DNA from: Candidatus Saccharimonadota bacterium
GTDB lineage: Bacteria > Patescibacteriota > Gracilibacteria > BD1-5 > UBA6164
Length of the DNA stretch: 32,000 bases
Direction of reading: 5' to 3'
NCBI GenBank assembly: GCA_965229705.1
Contig: OZ245922.1
Location: forward strand, 420,001-452,000
The position numbers and the translations under genes are program-made. Position 1 is the stretch's first letter, and each line of letters opens with the position of its first letter. Shown here in pieces: positions 10,909 through 21,982 of the stretch. The notes below the pieces were generated by a model. It worked only from the letters and a program-made list of their open reading frames with translations. It was not told the DNA's origin and made no database searches.

Positions 10909-11850
10909 TTAGTGATTCAAAGGAACAAGAGAAAGTATCTTTGTTATAACATCATCAGTGGAAATTCATTGAGCAAGAGCTTCGTAACTCAATGAGAGTC
11001 TGTGTCTAAGTACTGGGTATGCCATCTCTTTTATATCTTCTGGAAGTACATAATCCCTTCACTGTAAAAGAGCATAAGCTCTTGAAGTTTGCAGTATAGC
11101 AAGTGACGCTCGTGGTGATGCTCCATAATTTAGTTCTGTGAGTTTGGTTATTTCTCTGCTATAGGCAATAATATTACATATATACTCGTAGAGACTCTCT
11201 GAAACTTGTATTGTTGTGAGATGTTGTTGTATTTCTGATATATCCTCTTTTGTAATGCAGGAAGATATTTTTTGTGCGTTTCGAGTATCAGCTGACATGA
11301 GAATCTCTTTTTCTTCTTGTATGCTCGGGTATGGAACCTGAGACTGGAGGAGAAATCTATCCATTTGTGCTTCGGGGAGTTCGTGAGTTCCTTCTTGTTC
11401 AAGAGGATTTTGTGTTGCGAGAACAATAAAAGGTTGAGGGAGAGAAAAAGTTTTTTCCGCAATAGTCACTTCCAATTCCTCCATAGCTTGCAATAGAGCT
11501 GACTGAACTTTACTTGGAGCTCTATTAATCTCATCTGCGAGGATGAAGTGAGCAAAGATAGGTCCCTTTTTGATTTCAAACTCTTTTGCGTCAGGATCAT
11601 ATATCCTTGCTCCTATGATATCACTTGGGAGCAGGTCAGGAGTAAACTGTATACGACTTTCTTGCAAGTGTGTTGCCTGTGAAAAGGCTTTTACCAGTCG
11701 CGTTTTCCCAAGTCCAGGAGCTCACTCAATCAAAATATGTCATGAACACATAAGAGCAATAGTGATATCTCTTTTGAGTTCTCATTGACCAATGATGACT
11801 TTTGAGACTTCATCTATGAGCTGTGTGAGTTTTGCTTGGATTTTATGCAT
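10909..11850 (-). CDS. moxR: MoxR-family AAA+ ATPase
   Basis: ATG 11850 to TAA 10909-10911 (313 aa). Walker A is I-E-G(TGA 11722-11724)-APGLGKT. Other motifs: IQFTPDLLPSDIIG, Walker B ILADEINRAPSKVQSALLQAMEE, LATQNPLEQEGTHELPEAQMDRF, GASPRA. Confidence 0.94.
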
Positions 11851-11987
11851 AATGTCTAAATAAAGAAACTACTTTCCTTAGTATAATGATATTTGGTGCT
11901 CTGAGAATTATGTTATGTAAAAAGGAAATTGACTTTTAATACAAAACACTAAAAATACTCTTATCTACACATATAAAAATATTTAAA

Positions 11988-12731
11988 ATGCAAACATTCA
12001 AAACAGGAGATTACTTATATGAATGAACAATTATCGGAAATCCTCTCCTTATCCCGGAAAGGCCTATTGCACAGAATACTAGATTAGTAAGTAATATGAT
12101 ATGAAAAATATTAAATACTTTATGACAAACTCCAAATATACATAATTTAGGAACTTCCTTTCCTCAAGTCAGCCTTTCCAGAGAAAGCTCATCAGCTGGT
12201 GAATGGTGTGCTGTGAATCTCCAAAATCCTGTATATATCGGACTTGAAGAATGTATATCCCCATTTCACACAAAGTATGTTATTCGTCCCTGAAGGTTGT
12301 GAAAAAATATAAAGATATGACTAGAAAAATTTGATGAAGAATACAGACCTCTAGAAATACATACTAACCGCGTAATAGAAAAGGGAGTAGATCTTGGATT
12401 GCTCAGAGAGTTATCATATGGTGAGTATATAGAAGAACAAATAAAAGATTGTGATACTTTTATAGAAAGCAGGTGAGTAAAAGATTTAAAAAGACAGTTT
12501 GAAGAATATAGAGACTGTCTTGAAGATTTTCGCTGACTCTCAGATATAATATTTAAAGTACAGTGATGAGAGGTAGTTATGGAAAGATTAAAGCAAGGAA
12601 ATTTTTGACTGTTTTTCGTTATGAGTTCAAAAGGCTGAGGACAAAGGAAAAAAAAGAAAAAACAAGAGGAACGGTCTCCTGTTTTTGGGGATTTCTGAGG
12701 ACTTATCCCACGACTTGGGAGTAGATTGTAA
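11988..12731 (+). CDS. Orphan protein A (247 aa), no family recognised
   Basis: ATG 11988 to TAA 12729-12731, verified line by line. The frame is open across 13 in-frame TGA and has no TAA/TAG in 744 nt of AT-rich DNA. Globular-looking composition with a Lys-rich C-terminal tail. Confidence 0.6.
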
Positions 12732-12741
12732 GATATTAAAA

Positions 12742-13989
12742 GTGAATACTCATTCAAATCATATCTCAAGTGATCATAAAATATCTCAGTCTTATCAATA
12801 TTGAGGTATTTTTACCAAGCTTATCAGCGAACATGATACGGATAGTTGGTCTGGGGAAGACTTTCACGAACTTTTCTGAGGGTATACCGTACACGAGATA
12901 TTTTGAGAAGATATATTAAGCGAAGATTCTCAAAAAAACATACAAAAATTTCAACAAAGATATGACTTGATGTGCAAGAGCTTTCAAAAATGAGCTGAGA
13001 AGTGGGTGTGGAAACAATGTGCTCAAGCAAGGATTGAAAAAATCAACTCTCTCATGCAACTCTCCGAGACAGAACTGCGACAAAGTATACTCCAGACTCT
13101 CCTAGATGAACAATGATATTCTCAAATATGTAATATATACTGAGAGTTACTTGAATGACAGAGAGAACTCTATCCTGATTACGCGGAAATATCTACTTGA
13201 TGAGGCAATGAAAATCCTGATGGTACAATTGTGGATATATATGATTCTCTCTCTCACAACTGAAACAAAATATTACATCTCCTGCGTAAATTATCAGAAC
13301 TCTTTAGTGTATGATCTATACAAAATTTTCGTGATTTTCAGTGTATAAATAAAGTCATACTTCAACTGATTCAAGATTTGGAACAAAGGTTCTTTTACTA
13401 TGAACAAGAACTTAAAAAACCATTAATGAGTCTGCATCATATTGCTCTGTTAAAAAACTTTTATCTCGATCCTCAACACCCAGAAGTTTGAAAAACCAGT
13501 ATTGTTCCAAAAAGCGTTTTTATAAACTCTCATAACTCTTCTTTTGATATCACTCAGGCTATAGGTCAGAGAGTTCACGTACTGGTACAAGAAGGTGAAT
13601 GAATATGAGGACATACTGATATAACATCCCAAAAAGATACCACAGTCTCTTTTATATGAACAATATCAAATGAACAAGTAATGATACACATATGAAATTA
13701 TGGAGAAAAAGTGAGAATTATCCTCCAAGACATTCACATGCACCCTCAATCATGTATCAAAGACTGTTCTAATGTACAATGCCATAAAGTATCTTGAAGA
13801 TGATATATAGGTAATATTAAAAACCTGAGTTTTTATGATTGTTGAAAATGAGAGTTTGCTATATGGAACATACAAAATCTCTCCATAAATGGTAATAAAC
13901 CAAGAATCAGCAAGCCCGATCTCCTTAGATTACCTAAAGTATACGTTAACGGAAAGAAACGATGATTGCTAGGAAGGTTGATGATATAA
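12742..13989 (+). CDS. Orphan protein B (up to about 415 aa), start uncertain (GTG 12742, TTG 12715 or ATG 12970; possibly fused to orphan A)
   Basis: The frame is open from 12592 to TAA 13987-13989, verified line by line, with 21 in-frame TGA after 12742 and no TAA/TAG. A Cys/His cluster HPQSCIKDCSNVQCH lies at 13741-13785. A strong terminator follows immediately. Confidence 0.6.
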
Positions 13990-14030
13990 ACTCTAAGTAA
14001 GAATAAATCTTACTTAGAGTTTATAATTTT
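13988..14030 (+). terminator. Rho-independent terminator after orphan B
   Basis: Perfect 14-bp stem AAACTCTAAGTAAG / CTTACTTAGAGTTT (13988-14001 and 14009-14022) with a 7-nt loop, followed by ATAATTTT. The stem overlaps the TAA stop. Confidence 0.8.
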
Positions 14031-14138
14031 CGAAAAAAATCAAGTTATGGCAACACGAAAAAATAGAAAATGTGGTAAAAATAAGGAGTTCAAGGAAAAT
14101 ATAGCTTGGCGATAAAATACGAGATTTTCCGCATTTCC

Positions 14139-14576
14139 TTATAAATCTATTTGCTCAATACTCGCTCCATTAGCTTTCACAAAATCCTGTATTTCATTTC
14201 CTGAGTGATGTTTATACTTTTCACAAAAGACAATACGCTGTAAACCTGCCGCAATGATAGCTCGAACGCAGTCAAAACAAGGTTCATAAGTACAGTAAAT
14301 CGTTGCTCACTCAATAGCAATTCCTTTTCGTGCTGCCCAAACTATTGCGTTCATCTCAGCATGAATCTCGTATTTGTATGACCACTCGTGATGTTCTTCT
14401 GTGTATTTTCCATCAAAATAATCTGAACAGTTTATGTATCCAGAAGGTGTTCCATTGTATCATGTTGAAGCAATTCTTCCGTCTTTTACAATCACTGCTC
14501 ATGTTTGACGAGAAACACACTTTGAAGCACTCGCTATTTCATAAGCAATGTTGATAAAATTTTTGTCTTGAAGCAT
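14139..14576 (-). CDS. dCMP (deoxycytidylate) deaminase, ComEB/Dcd-like
   Basis: ATG 14576 to TAA 14139-14141 (145 aa). Zinc motifs HAEMNA and PCFDC, plus GAVIVKDGRIASTGYNG. Confidence 0.87.
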
Positions 14577-14586
14577 AAGAGTATGA

Positions 14587-15195
14587 TTATTTTTCGAGTC
14601 TTTCAGATATTTTTTTCCAATCAATGATATGAAAAAAGTTTTCTATATATTGTCCTCTATCATTTCGAGTATCAATATAATAAGAATGCTCCCATACATC
14701 ACAGCCTAAAAGTGCTCTACCTCAAAGAGTAAGAGGATTTTCAGCGTTTGGCGTTGAGTATATTTCAAGAGTTGGTCCTTTTTGTACGAGCCAAACCCAG
14801 CCTGAACCAAATCTCCCAAGAGATTCTGTCTTGAACTGTGATTTCATTTCATCAAAAGAACCAAAACTCCCCTCTATCATCAGTAAAAGTTCCTCTGAAA
14901 TCCCTATAGGAAGTGATTGTTGATGAGAACTACGATCAGAAAGATTATAACAAAAACTCTTCCAAAATAGATTATGATTCCATATCTGCGCAGCATTATT
15001 ATATATTTTCCCCTCTGAGTTTTTGATAATATCCTCCAAACTCATATCTTCGTAATGAGTTCACTCTATGAGAGAGTTTAATGTATTTACATATGTGAGA
15101 TGATGCTTTCCATAGTGAAAATCTATTGTTTCTGCAGACATAAACGGTTCTAAAGCATTTTTCTCAAAAGGAAGTTCTATCAGTGTATGTTTCAT
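14587..15195 (-). CDS. sodB: Superoxide dismutase, Fe-type
   Basis: ATG 15195 to TAA 14587-14589 (202 aa). Motifs [51 protein letters not shown]. Track fragment 14722-15045 is in phase. Confidence 0.94.
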
Positions 15196-15325
15196 TTCTA
15201 TTTTTTTACAATGTAAGTCTTATAGTCCAGTATAACGAAAAAAGAGAAAAAACGAAAAATTATATTTGAAAATTCATCCTCTGGGAATACTATTCTGGCA
15301 AAGAGTATTTTAAAAAAGTATTGTC

Positions 15326-16726
15326 TTGTTTTTCAAGAAAAAAAACATCCCCTGAACCACAAAATACCATACATTTATAGGAATACAGGCAAGTTCTCTG
15401 GTGTGAGTATTTTTTGTTTTGTGTCTTGCTTTTTTTTCTGTAAGAGCTATCGAATCCATTGATTTTCATGCTTTTGACCAAGAAACTCCTGAGTATACAT
15501 ATACAAACTCTATAGAAGTACTCCAGAACAACAAACAAGAGAAGAAACAAGATATGACCTATATACTGATAGTAGGAAGATGAGGTGGAGAACATGATGC
15601 TCCAAATCTTACAGATACTATTATGCTTGCTGGTATAAATAGAAAAAAAGAGTCTATCACTCTCTTCTCCATTCCGAGGGACCTCTGGATAAAGTACCCT
15701 GATAAAAAAACCGAAGGAAAAATCAATAGAGTATATGAAAAATATGCAGATACGAGTACACAACTCGCGATCACTCATCTAAAAAACAAAGTCTCGCAAA
15801 TAACAGGAAAACACATAGACTATTATGCGAGTGTTGATTTTGAAGGATTTATAAAAGTTATCGATATACTCGGATGAGTAGAAGTAACTCTTGAAAAGAA
15901 TTTTGTTGACTACCAATACCCTGATGACAATTTATGATACAAAACCTTTATACTGAGAAGATGAACATGGACCCTTGACGGAGAAGTAGCACTGATGTAC
16001 GCTCGATCACGACACTCAAGTAGTGATTTTGATAGATCCCTCAGACAACAAGAGATCATATCATCACTAAAAGATAAGATAGGTGAACTAGGATATATCA
16101 GCGATGCAGGAAAAATCATGAGTCTCTATAATACCTTTACAAAGTATGTAGATACTGATCTTACACTGAAAAGCCTTATAAGTCTTGGACTTGAGATAAA
16201 ATCATGGGACGATACTCAAACACTCAGTTTTAACCTCAATGATACTTGTTATGAGTGAAGTGATATCTGTGATACAGGGTGATTTCTCTATGTCCCAATG
16301 AGAACATATTTTTCATGAGCAAGCGTTCTTCTTCCTCATGATGCCGACTCTATATACCCTGAAGTATATGATGAGATACATAATTATGTAGACTACATCA
16401 ACACCTTTCCTGAAGCATTTCTTGAAGAAAAAAACATACATATATACAATGCTGCTGGTATACCTTGACTTGCAGGAAGGATGTGAGACACTATCCAGAA
16501 ATATGGTTTTTCTCTCGATCCCTACGTATCACTTCATACGCTGCGCTCTTGGGATGGACAAGAAAATGTGATATATATAAATACTGATCTCAAAAATAAA
16601 GAGTCTGTTGCTCAAGTCCTACAAGATATCACTGGTATTTCTCCAAGTTTTGTCCTCTCTCCAACACAAAAACACAATGCAGAAATAGAAATCATCCTCA
16701 CACAAGATACAAAAACTATACAATAA
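15326..16726 (+). CDS. LytR-CpsA-Psr (LCP) family cell-envelope protein; non-ATG start assumed
   Basis: The frame is open from 15314 to TAA 16724-16726. It has a TM helix (VGVFFVLCLAFFSV) and motifs ILIVGRGGGEHDAPNLTDTIMLAGIN, FSIPRDLW, DYYASVDFEGFIKVIDILGGVEV, ALMYARSRHSSSDFDRSLRQQE, plus a C-terminal LytR_C-like region. The first in-frame ATG is 15554, downstream of the TM helix, so TTG 15326 or GTG 15401 is the likely start. Confidence 0.85.
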
Positions 16727-16739
16727 TCATCTCAAAGCT

Positions 16740-19700
16740 ATGTTTCAGAAAAGAAGAATACAAAGCCCCTACCAAAACAGATCTCACAGAGCAGGCGCTG
16801 GAAATATGCAACAAAAAGTTTTGCAATCATCTGAAAAATCACAAAACAGATGATTTTCTCTTATTGGGAAGATATTGCAATATCTCTTTCTCTTTTTGTG
16901 TATTTCTCTCTTGCTATGAGCGTATATCATTCATCAAAAATATATCAAAACTCTTCCCTCTGTAGACGAGCTCTGAGATCTCAATATTCCAGAAGCTTCT
17001 ATCATATACGATAGAGAATGAAATGAACTCTATAAAATATTTAAAGAAAAGCGTATATACAAATCATATGAAGATATCAGTGAAAACATGATCAATGCCC
17101 TCGTTGCCTGAGAAGATAAAAGATATTGGGAAAATCCATGAGTAGATGCTATAGGACTCATAAGAGCTCTCTTATATGGGGTTATGTGAAAAAATGAAGG
17201 GTTTTGAGGAACTTCTACACTCACCCAGCAACTCATAAGAAATACTATTATTGAAAACCGCAGTTCCCAGGAAAGCACCATGGATAAGATCGAAAGAAAG
17301 ATAAAAGAAATATATCTCTCCGTGAAACTTACCAGCTCTCTTTCAAAAGAAAAGATTATAGAACTCTATCTCAATAAAATATCTTTCTGAAGTAATGCCT
17401 TTGGTATAGAACAAGCCGCTGAGACATTTTTTTCAAAAAGTGCAAAAGACCTCGATATACTTGAATCGAGTATGCTTGCCTCTCTTCCTAAATGACCCTC
17501 ATATTATTCTCCTTACAATAACTACAAAAGACTGGTATGATACTTGTATGTTTATCCAGAAAATGATCCCGAGAGCATTACTCCACTGATAAATGATACG
17601 GTTGTGACGACTTACGAAGAAAGTGTCAAAAAATTTACCGAAACTATTTCCTGACTCAAACTCACAAGACTCAGTACCAACTCTCTGCTGTTATGCGGTT
17701 TAGAAAGAGAATTCTTAAAAGACAATATCTCTCTTGATAGTGATGGTTGTAGAGTTATGGAATACTCAGACTTTTTACGCTTACTCAACTCTCTCAAGTT
17801 TTCACTCTCTGAGCAAAGTGATATTGTTGAGTATCAAACAGGAAGAAAAGACTTCATACTCTGAAGAATGCTCGAAGACTGATATATCAGTTTTGCTCAA
17901 TATAAAGAGGCACTTATCGAGAGTATTAATTTTCGTTTTTCTTCATATAGAGAAAATATTGTAGATGCTCACTTTGTTTTTTATGTCAGAGAATACCTTG
18001 AGGAAAAATACGGGAAAGATCTCCTTGAACAGTGAGGTCTGAGAATATATACAACGCTTGACCCTAAACTTCAACAAAAAGCTCAAGAAATCATAGAAAA
18101 ACAAACACAAAAAAACCAAAGCCTTTTTGATGTCAGTAATGCCTCTCTTATATCGCTAGATAATGAGACAGGGAATATACTCGCAATGGTATGATGAAGA
18201 GATTATTTTGATGAAGAAAACAAAGGAAATATCAACATGACTACTTCCCGACTTCAGCCAGGTTCTGCTTTTAAACCCTTTGTATATTCTCTGGCTATTG
18301 ATCAAGATACTATCGGAACTCAGACACCTATATACGATCTCGAAACAACTTTTCCTGGAGACTATACTCCTGCAAACTTTGATGGAGAGTTTCTTGGAAA
18401 AATGAATGTCAGCAGCGCTCTCAATACCTCTCGTAATATTCCTGCTATCAAGATGTATTATCTTGCTTGATGAGAAAAGAGTATTATGGATTGGATGAAG
18501 GGTTTATGAGTCACATCCGTAGAAACAGCCCAAGAAGAATACCGAAAAACCTACCAAAAAGAGTATAGATATGGAGCAGCTATGGCACTCTGAACAGCCC
18601 CAATGACAGCGCTAGAAATCGCATGAGCATATAGCGTACTTGCCAATACTGGTTATCAAAAAAAGATAGAACCTATTATGAAGATCCTCGACTCAGAATG
18701 ACTCGTCATCGAGGATAACCAAATCTCCTCTCAAAGAGATCCAGGAAAACGAGTCATTGACTCACAAACTGCCTATATCACAAACGCCATACTCTCTGAT
18801 ACAAGTGATCGTCCAGACTACTGGAACTCTCTTCTCTCTCTTAATGATAGAGTTGCAGCAGCAAAAACTGGTACTTCTACCAAACAGTTTGAAGAAGACG
18901 GAGAAAAAACGATTTATCCTCGCAATCTCTGGACTGCCTGATACACTCCGCAAATTACTACTGTCGTATGGGCAGGAAACAATGATGGAACACCCGCAAA
19001 CTTTGATGGGAATGGTCTCCAAGCGGCAGGTCCAATATGGAAAGAGTTTATGGAATTTGCCCATGAATGAAAGCCCGTAAAATCATGGGTTAAACCTGTA
19101 TGAGTTCAAGAAAAAAGTATTTCTCGCATTTCGGGAAAACTTGCATGAGATGATTTTCCGCAAGAAGCTCAAGTTATATCACTATTTAAAAATGCACCCA
19201 AAACCTATGACTCAAGTCTCCAAGATGTACAAGTAGATTTGCTGTGTGACGGTATTGTGACTGATCTCACTCCTATCTCTGCTATAGGAAACAAAAAATA
19301 TTTTTCTCTACAATCTCTTAGACCCACATGGGAAAACTGGGAAACTCCAGTACAAGAATGGTTTGCCTCTGGAAGATATCAACCTGCATATATTCTTCTC
19401 TCTGAAGAAATACTCACCGATCTTCCAAGTAGAGAATGTTATCGGGAAAATAGTATCCCATCTGAAACAACCCTCGGAACTGACTTGCGAGAAAACGATA
19501 TCCTCCATATAGGAGAAAATTATATAGAAATATGATACCGAAGTAGTGTAGGAATAAGGAAAATTGATGTATATCTCTGAGAAGAACTCATAGCAGAGCT
19601 CAATCAGGCAAGTAAAAAAAATTGATTTTACGCAGGAACCATTACTATTCCCGATACATATTCTGGAAGACACCTGCTAACTATTAGAGCGATAGATAGA

Positions 19701-20036
19701 CAGTACTACTCTCAGTGAGTCAGTTATAATATCAATATTCTTCCAAGTGATCGTATGTCTCCTGAAATACGCATCAGTTCTCCCAGCGAGAAAAAACCGT
19801 TTATCAAGACGTGAGAAAGTTTCATTCTCAAGGCAGATATACGAGATCGTAGTGAGATATCGAGTATCAATATATTCATCAATGGAGTACTCTATACATG
19901 ATGAAGATGAAGAGTGATTGATGAGTCTATTGCTTCTAGTGAGTTTAGCCCATGAAGGCAAAAGATCGTCATCGAGGTGATAGACGAAGCTCAAAATAGA
20001 TCTTATAAAGAGATTTCGCTCTCTCTTGTCCCCTAA
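16740..20036 (+). CDS. ponA: Class A penicillin-binding protein (glycosyltransferase + transpeptidase) with long C-terminal extension, 1098 aa
   Basis: ATG 16740 to TAA 20034-20036. GT51 motifs: EDKRYWENPGVD, F-G(TGA 17205-17207)-GTSTLTQQ, RKIKE, IIELYLN. Transpeptidase motifs: SAFK, SRN, KTGTS. Track fragments 18237-18470 and 19239-19535 are in phase. Confidence 0.95.
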
Positions 20037-20067
20037 ACAGAGATTTTAATTTTTAATTTTTTTTACT

Positions 20068-20685
20068 ATGTACACAGATATACATGATTTTCCAACTCTT
20101 GCGAAAATAGATACTCTAGCTCCAAGCTTTGAAATGCCCTATTATTGCCCGAAAAAAGATGATGAATGAGTCTTGCATCTGCAAGATCTCAAAGGAAAGT
20201 GGGTTGTTCTCTTTTACTATCCTGCAGATTTTACCTTTGTGTGTCCAACAGAACTCAAAGATATGGCTGACTCGAAGGCACAGTTTGATAATATGTGAGT
20301 AGAAGTACTTGCCGTATCTACTGACACGATTTTTTCTCATAGAGCCTGGGTCAAGCAGGAAATCCTTATGAAAAACTTTCCCTATAAAATGCTCGCAGAT
20401 CACAATCTCGAAACAGCTGACTGCTATAATATCCTTGATGAAAAAACAGGTATTGCAGGTCGTGGGACTTTTATCATTGATCCTGAAGGGATTCTCAGAG
20501 GTATAGAAATCACTTCTGGTCCTTTAGGGAGAAATAGTGAGGAGTTATTACGAAAGATAGAAGCATTGCAGTTTATGTCTGCAAATCCTGGTGTTGCCTG
20601 TCCAGCAAAATGGACCGCAGGCTCAAAAACACTTACCCCTTCTATCAAAATAGCAGGTGAAGTTGGTGAGCAGCTAGAAAAATAA
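20068..20685 (+). CDS. ahpC: Typical 2-Cys peroxiredoxin (AhpC/Tsa family)
   Basis: ATG 20068 to TAA 20683-20685 (205 aa). Motifs: [15 protein letters not shown] (peroxidatic Cys), [11 protein letters not shown], resolving Cys in GVACPAKW. Confidence 0.93.
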
Positions 20686-20690
20686 AAAAA

Positions 20691-20720
20691 TAAGAGCAGA
20701 GAATCTGCTCTTATTTTTTT
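20691..20720. terminator. Bidirectional hairpin terminator between convergent ahpC and the ATPase gene
   Basis: 9-bp stem TAAGAGCAG / CTGCTCTTA with loop AGAAT. It is flanked by an A7 run upstream and a T7 run downstream. Confidence 0.8.
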
Positions 20721-21982
20721 CTAATACTGAAAATATCTCTTTTCAGACCTACTTTTGTGATATCTTCAAATAAATACTCTACTCATTTCTCATATCTCTT
20801 TTTGTATTCTCCTCAGCGAGTAATGATCGCACGAGGTATTTTATCTTCGTATTTTCATACAAAACTCAAGAGAGATTTTGGAATAATGTCTTTTTTTCCT
20901 GATTTGATTTCAATAGGAAGTATCATATTTTCAAAATTATCGAGCATCACAAAATCTACCTCTGTACCATTCTTATTTTGCCAAAATTTGATATCTAAAA
21001 AATCTGGAGATACAAAGCGAATTTCATTGTATGCATAGTTTTCAATAATTTTTCCATAAAAATTGGTGTCGAACGAAGAAGGTCAAAGAATATAGTTTAA
21101 AAATCCTATGTCATTCATATATCATTTTCTTGATTTTTTTATTTCATTTTTAAGATTTCAAGAAAATGGTTCTATAAAATCAAATAAAAAGCTTGATTCT
21201 GCTATCTGTAAAAATTTTACATAGAGTTTCTTTTTGATGCCAAGCTCTGCTATAATTTGTTCCGCTTTTATGAGACTTCATATTTTCGTAGCAAAAAGCT
21301 GTAAAAATTTTATAAAGTAAATATTTTCATCTTCTTGAAGCAAAAAGCCTATATCTTTGTAAAGATAATCATCATAAATACTTTTAAATACCCATTTTTT
21401 TTCTTGCTGTGTTTTTGCTTTTACGACTTCTGGGTATCATCCATAACGTAGATAGATTTGAAAATTTTTCTCAATTTCTTTTTGTATAATAGCATTATTC
21501 TCTGGCATTTTTTCTACATTCATTCATTCAAATTCTAAAAATTCTGAAAATGAGAAAGGGCGTACTTGGATAAGATTATATCTTCCAATCAGACTGTCAG
21601 TAATACCGCGAAATACTTCTAAGCTCCCACTCCCAGAAATAATAAGTTTGAGTGAAATATCACCTTGTTTATTTTTATCAACGAGATATTTAATGATAAT
21701 TCCAATATTTTTAATTTTCTGGGCTTCGTCGATAATCAGGTATTTCTTATTTGAAATATCATAACGAAATTCTAAGAGTTCTAGGAATTCTTTCGGAGAA
21801 AAATTTTCTAAGAAAAACTCATCTCCACTCAATACCAGTTCTTCATTCACGATTTTTTTTTCGCGCAAGATTTGTATGAGGGAGCTTTTTCATACTTGTC
21901 GTGCTCAGACAAGTATTAGTGCATTTTTATTATCAAGGCAGCTCTGAATTCTTTCAATATATTTTTTCCGATAAAAAAGCAT
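20711..21982 (-). CDS. AAA_14 / DUF4143-type ATPase (423 aa)
   Basis: ATG 21982 to TAA 20711-20713, checked codon by codon. Walker A LVGARQVGKSSL, Walker B LIIDEAQKI, then GGYPEVV and the C-terminal GKIIENYAYNE...NGTEVDFV...PIEIKSGKK typical of DUF4143. Confidence 0.85.

Noticed and set aside
12266-12769. A 167-aa minus-strand ORF, the longest standard-code ORF in this region.
   Set aside because: It is antisense to orphan A. It has a low-complexity S/F/C-rich composition (SSCFFFFFLC, SSNFSSHIFIFF). The plus-strand frame stays open across 13 TGA and looks protein-like.
14047-14115. A 22-codon basic ORF (MATRKNRKCGKNKEFKENIAWR) in the gap after the orphan-B terminator.
   Set aside because: It is too short to support from sequence alone. 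It matches no ribosomal-protein or leader-peptide pattern I recognise, and no start context is informative in this genome.
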